Positions 53,216 through 64,000 of a stretch of 64,000 nt of DNA are shown in pieces. The notes beneath the pieces were generated by a model. It did not search any database. It was not told where the DNA came from and was given only the letters and a program-made list of their open reading frames with translations. Numbering within the stretch: position 1 is the first letter of the stretch; the number at the start of each line of letters is the position of its first letter. Source of the stretch: Octopus vulgaris (taxonomy: Eukaryota); contig OX597831.1 of NCBI GenBank assembly GCA_951406725.2, forward strand, positions 36,642,001 to 36,706,000. Reading direction: 5' to 3'. The position numbers and the translations under genes are program-made.

Positions 53216-53660
53216 CACTTCATACCTATATGGCTTGGGTTTCATTTCACTATCAACCTGCTTGCTGAAGTACCTCCTATCATATCCTAAGGTTAACCAA
53301 AGTGTTATGGATGAAGTTTATTTCACAGAAACTATTAAGAAACCTGTCAAAGGAATCTTCCCTGTTTTTTTTTTTTTGTGATGATAAGCTTAATATTTCA
53401 CTCTATTTAACACCACCATCCAACTCTTGAGTGCTTCAGACAAATTTCTGAGTATATGTTTATGCATGTGTGTCGTGGGGTATGCAGGTTTTGACATATG
53501 ATTAAGAAATTTGCTTTGCAACAACATGGCTACAACTTTTTCACTGTGAGCAGATGTCCTCTACTATAAAGATGGACTAACCACTGCCTTGTGAATGGAA
53601 TTTGTAACTTAAGACAGTTACAAATTCCACTGTGTGTGTGTGTGTGCTTGTATGTGCGTA

Positions 53661-53700
<40 letters not shown>

Positions 53701-53969
53701 TAGATAGATAGATAGATAAATATAGATACATACATATATATGCACACGCATGTCCTCATTTACATATACATAGATATACATCAATTAGATTTAAGCATAA
53801 AATCTATATAAGATGTTATGAAGTAGCCAGCAGGTAAAACCAATTGGCGTCCATTTCCAGCAAGGCGTTACATCTCCTAATTGCCCTTAATATAATATAA
53901 TATATACATATATATATATGTATATATATATATATGACTATGTTATTTTATTATTTCACTTTTATTGAT

Positions 53970-54011
53970 GTACCCGAAGAGACCCAGAACGGGTTGAAAC
54001 ATGTGTCATAC
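53970..54011 (+). ncRNA. Hammerhead motif (CCGAAGA core variant or mutation), GUC site
   Basis: gtac CCGAAGA gaccc(agaac)gggtt GAAA catgtg TC atac, in a ~120-bp element between (TA)n tracts. Confidence 0.65.
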
Positions 54012-54428
54012 CCCATAAAATCTCGTATACTCATTCCATCTATTTCATTAATACTGTTATATATATATATATATATACATACATACTTGCATACATATAT
54101 ATAGCCCTAGGTTTCATTCAGTTTCCTTTCAATCCATTCGCAAGGGTTTGTTCTACCTGAGGTCCTCATAGAAGACTATTACCCAAGGTGCCATGCAGTG
54201 CCAACTAACCCATGGTTGGAAGAAAACAGGTTTCTTAACTACGGAGCAGTCATGTCTGCATCTACATATATAATATGATATAATATAATATAATATGATA
54301 TAATATTTTATATATATATATATATATAAGTTCAGTAAACATTTAGATTCAGTTGAATATGGTAGTTAAGTTAAAGGCACCAGAATTTGGTATGGTATTA
54401 TCCATATAATTCAAAATGGGGTGATTAC

Positions 54429-54708
54429 AATCAAAATAAGCAAAAAGGATATCCAAAGGTAATGCAATATGATCATTTCATGTGACTCCATTTAATTAAA
54501 TAATGCAAGTATTACATTAGTTTTAAAATGTAGAGCAATCTTCAGCTGCATATAAATATAGAATTTAACTAAATTCTATATTTATATGCAGCTGAAGATT
54601 GCTCTACATTTTAAAACTGATGTAATACTTGCATTGTTCAATTAAATGGAGTCGCATGAAACGATCGTACTGCATTACCTTTGGATATCCTTGTTGCTTA
54701 TTCTGATT
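54429..54708. repeat. Long palindrome: 140-bp arms, 2-nt spacer
   Basis: Centre gaattta-ac-taaattc. About 49 bp nearest the centre match perfectly; the outer arms have scattered mismatches. Confidence 0.95.
54588..54673 (+). ncRNA. Hammerhead motif with long stem II (mirror copy at 54464-54549 on minus)
   Basis: gcag CTGAAGA ttgctctacattt..aaatggagtcgcat GAAA cgatcg TA ctgc. Confidence 0.8.
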
Positions 54709-54822
54709 ATATATATATATATATATATATATATACGTTATTACATTAAAGGCTGTACCATAGGTAAAGTCACATGCTAGAAAGGGACACCAAAATTCAA
54801 ACTACTTCATCAAATATACACA

Positions 54823-54899
54823 CACACTGAAGTCGAAGGAATGAACAAAGATTCTTTTAAAAGGTTCAGTTGCATATCGAAACGATTTCATGGTCAGTG
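54823..54899 (+). ncRNA. Atypical hammerhead-like motif (CUGAAGU)
   Basis: caca CTGAAGT cga..tc GAAA cgatttcatgg TC agtg. A truncated second copy at ~55660-55722(-) has cact CTGAAGT, which would complete stem I with agtg. Confidence 0.4.
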
Positions 54900-56462
54900 C
54901 TGTAACACACACTCCATTTGTCAGTGCAAACATAACCAGAAATACATGAATATAAACACCTATGCGTACCAAACGATCACAACGTATCCACAGTGCATAG
55001 ACAAATGTTCACACTTATACATTCATGAAAAAATTTCTAGTTTATCTCAGAAATTTTTCTTTGTCCCTTTCCAGCATGTGGTTTTTCTTATAGTAACAAC
55101 CCTTAATGTGATAATATATTTTTAAAAATTATATACTTTTTATAAATTTTTTACATTTATTGGTTTTACACGCTGGTTACTTGATAAAATCTTATATAGA
55201 TTTTATCCTTATATTTAATTGATAAATATTTTCTTCTTCTCTAGGTACAAGGCCCTAAATTTTGTGGGAGGGGACCAGTCGATTTTATCGACCCCAGTAA
55301 GCAACTAGTACTTAATTTATCGACCCCAGTAAGCCTAGTACTTAATTTATCGACCCCGAAAGGATGAAAGGTAAAGTTGATCTCGGCAGAATTTGAACTT
55401 AGAATGTAAAGACAGACAAAATACCTATTTCTTTACTACCCACCACGGGCTAAACACAGAAGGGACAAACAAGGACAGACAAACGGATTAAGTTGATTAC
55501 ATCGACCCCAGTGTATAACTGGTACCTAATTTATCGACCCCGAAAGGATGAAAGGCAAAGTTGACCTCAGCGGAATTTGAACTCAGAACATAGCGTCAGA
55601 TGAAATACTTATTTCTTTATTACCCACAAGGGGCTAAACACAGAGAACAAATGAACCTTTTATGCAAATGAACCTTTTAAAAGAATCTTTTCACTATTCA
55701 ATCCCTCGACTTCAGAGTGTGTGACTTTAACATCCCTTTCCTTGGCTTTGGAGTAGTTTGACTTTAGCATCCCTTTCCAGCATTTGGTTTCACATGTAGT
55801 AACACCCCTTAATGTAATAATGTATTTTAAAATAATTATATACCTGATATTCATTTTTTACCTTAATTGGTTTTACACGCTGGCTATTTGATAAAATGTT
55901 ATCCTTATATTTAATTGATATATATATTCTTTCATTCTTTTATCCTTTTACTTGTTTCAGTCATTTACCTGTGGCCATGCTTGAGCACCACCTTGAAGCG
56001 TTTTTGTTGAACAAACTGACACCAAGAATTTTTTTTAACCTAGTACTAATTCTGTTGGTTTCTCTGCCACTCTGCTAAGTTATGGAGACATAATCACACC
56101 AACACCAGTTGTCGAGTGATGATGGTGGCACAAACACAAACACACGCACACACATATATGAAAGGCTTCTTTCAGTTTCCATCTGCCAAATCCACTCACA
56201 AGGCTTTTGTTGGTCTGAAGCTATGGTAGAAGAGAATTGCCCAAAGTTCCACACTGTGGGACTGAACCCAGAACCCTGGGATTATGAAGCAAGCTTCTTA
56301 CCACACAGCCATGTCTATGTCCCTTCTTATACATAAATGTACACAGAGAAAGAAATCTCCATAGTGTTTGAACTGCTTTCAGACTTTGTTGGCCATGATA
56401 TAAGTTTTCCCTTCCATTACTGTCAGCAACACCACTGCCATCACCAGCATCATCACCATCAC

Positions 56463-56466
56463 AATA

Positions 56467-56498
<32 letters not shown>

Positions 56499-56517
56499 AC
56501 TAATAATAATAATATTG

Positions 56518-56571
<54 letters not shown>

Positions 56572-56627
56572 TTAATAATAATAATAATGATGATAATAAT
56601 AATAATATTAATAATAATAATAATAAC

Positions 56628-56665
<38 letters not shown>

Positions 56666-56680
56666 GAAGAAGAAGAAGAT
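56463..56680. repeat. (GAT)n/(AAT)n/(AAG)n microsatellite
   Basis: Read directly. Confidence 0.97.
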
Positions 56681-57555
56681 CTGTGTAAATGTGTGAGTAT
56701 GCTGCATGATGAGGTGCACAAGTGGTTACTGGTAGTTAGAGGTTTTCTTTAAAAATTTGCTAAATTTTGATATGTTTTAAAAAATATAAATAAAAATAAT
56801 ATTTTTTTTATTTCAAAACCTGAAAGAATCTAGGAGGGGGTGGAATTATATTTGCAGAACAGTGGATAAGGAAGCATAAAATATTTCCTTGGGTAGAGCA
56901 ATAAAATAAAATAAAATGAAAGAAATTATAAAATACACATATTTTTCTGTTTTATTTCACTTTTGCATGCATGTGTGTATGTATATATGTGTGTGTGTGT
57001 GTGTTTGTGTTAATGTGTGTATCTGTTGTGTGACTTCCTCCATCCTCACTCGCTCTGCATTCCATGCACTCAAGAAAATTCACAATCTCTTTTATTTTCT
57101 AGCTTTCTCACTTTTTATCTTAAAAATAAAAAGAAACCAAACTTTTTTTTAAGCAAGTAAGTCAGCTATAGAATATTTGAAATTCTTTAGCATGCTGCGT
57201 TAAGTGTGTGTATATGTATATTTCTAAATGTCTGTGTGAGAGTATGTATGTGCAAGTATGTGTTTTTGCATGCACTTGCAAGTATGCGTGTGTTCTGTAT
57301 GCATGGTGCTCATGTGTAAACATCATCATCATCCTCATCGTTGTTTAACGTCCTCTTTCCATGCTGGCTTGAGTTGGACGGTTTGACTGAGGACTGGCAA
57401 GCCAGGAAGCTGCACCAAGCTCTAATATAATCTGGCAAGGTTTCTACAGCTGGATGCCCTTCCTAACACCAACCACTCTGAGAGTGTAGCGGGTGCTTTT
57501 TACATGACACCGGCACAGGGGCCTGCCAGGCAGCACTGGCATTGGTGACGCTCAA

Positions 57556-58266
57556 ATGACAATTGACAAGTGCATTCAACGTGCCCTTCAACTTAACATC
57601 AAGGAACTGAGACATCCCAAATCAAAGAAAAACTTACAACCAAAAGCCTTACCATACATCTCCACACACAACCCTCTCAATAACGAAGCCTTCGGCACCA
57701 TCCTCCACAACATACCCCTCCTAAAAAAAGACCACAGAATGAACACAATCCTCCAAACACACACGATCATAAAAAGCAAAAGACAGCCTAGATCCATGAA
57801 AAGTCTTCTAACACAAGCCCGAATTCACTCTTCAACACAGAAGCCGACAGTAAAAAAATGTGGAAGACCCAATTGCGGGATATGCGACTATCTAATCGAG
57901 GGTTCTGAGTTCTCCTTCAAACAGGGACAACGGTTTACAGTGAAAAGCAACTTCACATGTGCTTCGGAGAACCTAATATACTCACTAACCTGCTCCGGGT
58001 GTCAAGAGCAGTACATAGGCCAAACAAAAAATGGTTTGCGTAAACGAATGGCCCTGCACAGATCCCAGATAAAAATTCCCCAAAACAGAAAAATAGCTTT
58101 TAGCCAACACATAGATACTTGCGCCAACAAAAAAACACCAAACTTCAGAATTTTCCCCCTCTACCAATTTAGGGACGATACAACCTCGAGACAACGAATA
58201 AGTAAAGAAAATCTCTTTATTATAAAATACAGGCCACTTCTTAACGGGTCTACGACAAACAATTAA
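57556..58266 (+). mobile_element. Penelope-like element ORF, C-terminal part (linker, Cys motif, GIY-YIG endonuclease), 5'-truncated
   Basis: Open 236-aa frame: LPYISTHNP..KRQPRSMKSLL..CGRPNCGIC..FTCASENLIYSLTCSGCQEQYIGQT..LRKRMALHRSQI..H..ENLFI..LN. No RT domain; the 5' end abuts a family C element. The Cys motif suggests the Neptune type (inference). Confidence 0.92.
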
Positions 58267-58811
58267 TATAGCTCAACTTAAGAATAAAAGAAATATATAT
58301 ACACACACAAATATTACATTCCATAGAATCCATTACTAATCGCCCCAAAACAGCTATATCTTCACCCATTCATATTCTCCCTTCTCTGTTTTTTTTTTCT
58401 TCTTCTCCCTCTTCTTCTCCTTCTTCATCATCATCGTTATCATCATCATCGTCGTCATCGTCATCACCACCATCATCATCGTCATCTTCTCCTTCTCCTT
58501 CTTCTTCTTCATCGTCATCATCATCGGCACCGTCATCTTCTTCTTCTTCTACTTCTCCACCTTCTACCCCCACTAATGTCTTAAAGTATAACGCCTACGC
58601 AGCGACTGCCGGTCGCCACTGACCAGCCCAGATTTTCCCACTCCCACCCCCTCAAGAACTCACAACGACCTCGAATACACAAGTGCAAACAAGGGAGTCA
58701 GAGAAAGGCAGAATGCCACATATATCTGAACACTACTATGGAAGTATTCCTTTAAAAAAACCTTTCTTCTAATTTTTCTAAATTTTTCAAAATTTAATTA
58801 TTTAATCGTTA

Positions 58812-58849
58812 CAGTTGAAAAGGTCTCAAAATGACCGAAACCGGTACTG
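58812..58849 (+). ncRNA. Penelope-associated minimal hammerhead, U3-A8 core, GUA site
   Basis: cag TTGAAAA ggtc(tcaaaat)gacc GAAA ccgg TA ctg, ~550 bp downstream of the GIY-YIG stop on the same strand. Confidence 0.82.
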
Positions 58850-58936
58850 AAAGATTCACTATAAAATCATCTTAGCATTTTCTATTTTTGACTTGTTTTT
58901 TCATATATATCAACTCGTGTGTTCCTTTCCACCCTT

Positions 58937-58967
<31 letters not shown>

Positions 58968-59043
58968 CATTCACATACGAACATACAGATAAGAGGAAAA
59001 AATCTATCAGAAAAGGAACTCTAATCTCTCTTTAAAAAATATA

Positions 59044-59077
59044 TTTTGATAAGCATAACAAATGCGCAACCGGTAAA
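59044..59077 (+). ncRNA. Hammerhead motif, U3-A8 core, GCAA in place of GAAA
   Basis: tt TTGATAA gcat(aacaa)atgc GCAA ccgg TA aa; downstream sequence resembles that after the 58812 motif. Confidence 0.6.
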
Positions 59078-60892
59078 AAGAACTTTCACCTAATTAAATT
59101 ACTTAAATTATTTTGTCAGCATTTTCTTCATTTCCTTTTTATATATCACAACTCGTGTTCCACATCTCCTTTTTTAAATATATATATATATATACATATA
59201 TATATCATTTAAAGTCCATTTACCACGTTGGCATGGTTTAGATGGTTTGATGGGAGCTGGCAAGCCAGAAGACTATCTACTTTAATATGGTTTTTATGAC
59301 TGAATGTTTTTCCCAATATCAAGCACTGTACAGAGTGTACTGGGTGCTTTTTACATGGCACCAGCACTAGTGAGGTCACCTAATAACTTAAAAGACAAAG
59401 GCCCATCAACTGAGAAGGGGAGTGGTATTGAGAGAGATAGCTTTCTACTAGATGATGAACGGTTAAACTATGAGAGAGGGGCAGAAACAGATGTCTGGCT
59501 CTGGAGAAGATATATGGCTGCCCTAGTTAATATGAGAGAGTGAGAGAGAAGTGAGAGGACCCCAGGACTGAGACTGAACCTGGAACAATGTGGCTGGGAA
59601 GCAAGTTTTTTACCACACTGCTACTCCTGTGCCTATGCTGTTTTTCATTATTTGAATTCTTCTCTTGAGGAAAGAGCTAGTCTCTAACAAACATACAAAG
59701 CTCCATCATTGGAATCTCTTTTACTTGTTTCAGTCATTTGACTATGGCCATGCTGGAGCACCACCTTTAGCCGAGCAAATCGACCCTAGGACTTATTCTT
59801 TGTAAGCCCAGTACTTATTCTATCAGTATCTTTTGCCGAACTGCTAAGTTACAGTGACATAAACATACCAGCATCGTTTGTCAACGATGTTGGGGGGACA
59901 AACACAGACGCACAAACATATACACACACATACACACATATATATACATATATACGATGGTCTTCTTTCAGTTTCTGTCTACCAAATCCACTCACAAGGC
60001 TTTGGTTGGCTCAAGGCTATAGTAGAAGACACTTGCCCAAGGTACCACGCAGTGGGACTGAACCCGGAACCATGTGGTTGGTAAGCAAGCTACTTACCAC
60101 ACAGCCACTCCTACGCCTGTGTGATAAGTGGGATGTAGATAACAAAAGCAATGTCAGATTTTTAACTTGAGAAATGTCTTGGATATTTTTGTTATTCCAC
60201 TTACAGACTGTATTTGTAACGTACGAGTGGATTGATTCCCTTTTCTTAAAATCCTAGCATACCCAGTTTGTCACTCAGGAATTTACCCCAAAATCCACAT
60301 GCACCAGATATTATTGCTATAAATGTGAATCGATAATCCAGACACAGCAGCTGGAGATTTCGAAGCAGTTGTCCATGGTTATCCTCTCTCTCTTGTATAT
60401 ATGTATGTATATATGCATGTGTGTGTGTGTCTGTCTGTCTGTGTCTATGACTGTGTGTGCATGTGTATGCATATCTTCATGTATGTGCATGTGTTGTTAA
60501 GCTCCAGAATGTCAAGGATTAAGAATCTACAGCTAAGACATTCAAACTATGATTATTCTGTCTTATGTTCTGTAAACTGTGTTTTCAAGACAATACAATG
60601 TTATTCATTATAAATTTTCATCTTTATAAGGACAAACATAATATATAATTAATACATGTACATATTTTCTGAAGCTTCACTTAATTAATCTTACTTATAA
60701 AATATATATACCAATAAAATCAAAAATGATATTTTATATACTACAAATGAATGTTAATATAACTTCAGTGAAAAAAAAAAAAAATTATTAACAATACTAA
60801 ACTGAAGCTGGTTATTGAAAACATTCATAATTGGTTAACGATCTTTTTCAACTGTGATGTGAACATTGCCGTCTGTTATTTCCTTGCATAGA

Positions 60893-60956
60893 TTGTATGT
60901 AAGCATGTATATATGTATGTATATATGTATGTAATATATGTATATATGTATGTATT

Positions 60957-60990
<34 letters not shown>

Positions 60991-61479
60991 TGTATGTATG
61001 TATGTATGTATGTATGTATGTATGTATGTATGTATGTAGGTAGGTATGTAAGTATGTATGAATTTATGTATGTATTTATGTATGTATGCATGTATATATG
61101 TACATATGTATGTATATATGTATGTATGTAGGTATGTATGTATATATGTATGTATTTATGTATGTATGCATGTATATATGTATGTATATATGTATGTATG
61201 TAGGTATATATGTATGTATTTATATATGTATTTATGTATGTATTATATGTGCATGCATATATATATGTGTGTGTATATGTGTTTATGGTGTATGTATTTA
61301 TGCACGTATGTGTACATGTATGTATGCATGTATGTGGATGTGTATGTGCTTGCAAGTAATGCATATATGTTCAAGTATTTGCATATATGTGTGTGTGTAT
61401 ACATGCACATATATAAATATGTATATATTTAAATATATATGAATATATATATGTATATATATATCTATATCTATATCTA

Positions 61480-61510
<31 letters not shown>

Positions 61511-61528
61511 TAATATACATATTTATAC

Positions 61529-61624
<96 letters not shown>

Positions 61625-61625
61625 C
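60893..61625. repeat. (TATG)n/(TA)n microsatellite field
   Basis: Read directly. Confidence 0.96.
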
Positions 61626-61997
61626 GTATAGGAAATATGAGTCTGTGTATGATATAGTTAGAAACATATATATTTATTCGTAGATAAAGTTAATAGAAAT
61701 TTATGTCTTTGGTTGTTTGGTATTGACAAAGATTATGTTGGTGATGGGGAAGTCGGTCTGGGCAATGTGACGTCAGTGACTACTAAACTGAGAAAGAAGC
61801 GACACCAGATAGAAAAAGAAAGAAAATTTGCAAACAAAAGCAATAGATATTTTTTTTTATTATTAAATAACAATAATAATAATAATAAAAATATATATAT
61901 GAAATATATTCAAATAAATATAATGTAATAATATAATATATGTCATGGAATCATATGTATTATGTGTGTGTGTTTGTGTAAATGCAATATATATATG

Positions 61998-62053
<56 letters not shown>

Positions 62054-62136
62054 TGTGTGTAGATAGATAGATAGATAATTATATCTAGATATGTAGATGT
62101 AATATGTGTATATGAAAATGTAATAGATATATATGT

Positions 62137-62191
<55 letters not shown>

Positions 62192-62347
62192 CATACACAC
62201 ACACACACATGCACACACATATATATATACATATATATAGTTGAAATTTAAAGAAAAACCAAAGATGAAGACAAGTATCTGAACAACAAGTAGGTTTATT
62301 AGTTTATATACATACATATATAAATATCTATATATCTATATCTATAT

Positions 62348-62380
<33 letters not shown>

Positions 62381-62391
62381 TTATATAGAAG

Positions 62392-62444
62392 GAGCTTCTA
62401 CAGGACTAGAACTGTTTCATTCAAGTGAAATCTTCAGGAAGCTC
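62392..62444 (-). ncRNA. Hammerhead motif with complete monomeric stem III
   Basis: Minus strand: gagcttc CTGAAGA tttc(actt)gaat GAAA cag(ttctagtc)ctg TA gaagctc; 7-bp stem I. Confidence 0.82.
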
Positions 62445-63397
62445 ATATAATAAATTAATATATAATAAATTAATTTTACTCTGCTATGTATTGAGTACCT
62501 TATTTACTGTGGTTAACCCCGAATCAACCCGGGACCTACATATATATATATGTGGAGAACGGACGTTAAACGACGATGATGATATATATATATATGTTCT
62601 CTCTCTATATATATATGCATGTATGTATTCACATACATTCACACATAAGTGAGTAAATAAATGAAAGAACATACATCTCGATGAATATATTTTGTATGTA
62701 TTACTTATGCTTCAAACTACTTTTTGATTCAACTCCACATCACTTGAAGTTTCATGAACACATGAGGTACATCCATCTCGTTTAATGCTAAGGATGGATG
62801 TATCCTACACACATGCACACACACGAAACTCTGAATCATTAAGTGCTGAGTTTAATTAGTACTATATATATATATATTCTTTCCCTCTTTTACTTTTTTA
62901 CTTGTTTCAGTCATTTGACTGCAGCCATGCTGGAGCATTCTCTTTAGTCAAACGTGTCGACCTCGGGACTAATTCTTTGTAAGCCTAGTACTTATTCTAT
63001 CAGCCTCTTTTGCCAAACTGCTAAGTCACAGGGATGTAAGCACACCAGCATTGGCTGTCAAGCAATAGTGGGGGAACACAGTCACATAAACATATATATA
63101 TATATATATATACAAAGATTATGTTGGTGATGGGGAATATATGTCGGTCTGGGCAATGTGACGTCAGTGACTACTAAACTGAGAAAGAAGCGACACCAGA
63201 TAGAAAAAGAAAGAAAATTTGCAAACAAAAGCAATAGATATTTTTTTTTTATTATTAAATAACAATAATAATAATAATAAAAATATATATATGAAATATA
63301 TTCAAATAAATATAATGTAATAATATAATATATGTCATGGAATCATATGTATTATGTGTGTGTGTTTGTGTAAATGCAATATATATATGTATATATA

Positions 63398-63452
<55 letters not shown>

Positions 63453-63542
63453 CTGTGTGTAGATAGATAGATAGATAATTATATCTAGATATGTAGATGT
63501 AATATGTGTATATGAAAATGTAATAGATATATATGTATACAA

Positions 63543-63597
<55 letters not shown>

Positions 63598-63789
63598 CAT
63601 ACACACACACACACATGCACACACATATATATATACATATATATAGTTGAAATTTAAAGAAAAACCAAAGATGAAGACAAGTATCTGAACAACAAGTAGG
63701 TTTATTAGTTTATATACATACATATATAAATATCTATATATCTATATCTATATCTACATATATATATATATATATTTATTATATAGAAG

Positions 63790-63842
63790 GAGCTTCTACA
63801 GGACTAGAACTGTTTCATTCAAGAGAAATCTTCAGGAAGCTC
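63790..63842 (-). ncRNA. Duplicate of the 62392 hammerhead motif
   Basis: Identical except one base in the stem II loop. Confidence 0.82.
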
Positions 63843-64000
63843 ATATAATAAATTAATTTTACTCTGCTATGTATTGAGTACCTTATTTACTGTGGTTAAC
63901 CCCGAATCAACCCGGGACCTACATATATATATATGTGGAGAACGGACGTTAAACGACGATGATGATATATATATATATGTTCTCTCTCTCTATATATATA

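Larger units (their letters stand above)
61726..64000 (+). repeat. Near-identical direct duplication (61726-~62615 and 63112-window end)
   Basis: Both start acaaagattatgttggtgatgggga and differ mainly in microsatellite lengths and small indels. Confidence 0.95.

Overview
AT-rich, microsatellite-dense animal DNA. The SINE families and (TA)n/(CA)n/(ATC)n load suggest an octopus intron or intergenic region (inference). I find no supportable host protein-coding exon, and most listed ORFs are microsatellite or SINE read-throughs. The window is a mosaic of five tRNA- or LINE-tail-type SINE families and fragments of Penelope (GIY-YIG), CR1-like, RTE, R4/Dong-like and CRE-like non-LTR elements. It also holds a Gypsy remnant, a solo LTR, two mariners, a hAT transposase relic, hAT MITEs and a non-autonomous Helitron. 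The strongest signal not explained by the ORF track is about 18 type I hammerhead-ribozyme (HHR) motifs, counting duplicates and decayed copies, in many otherwise unrelated short elements, most close to (TA)n tracts. Six carry a compensatory U3-A8 core (UUGANAA instead of CUGANGA), and one of these lies downstream of the Penelope ORF. All motifs were read and folded by eye; self-cleavage is untested.
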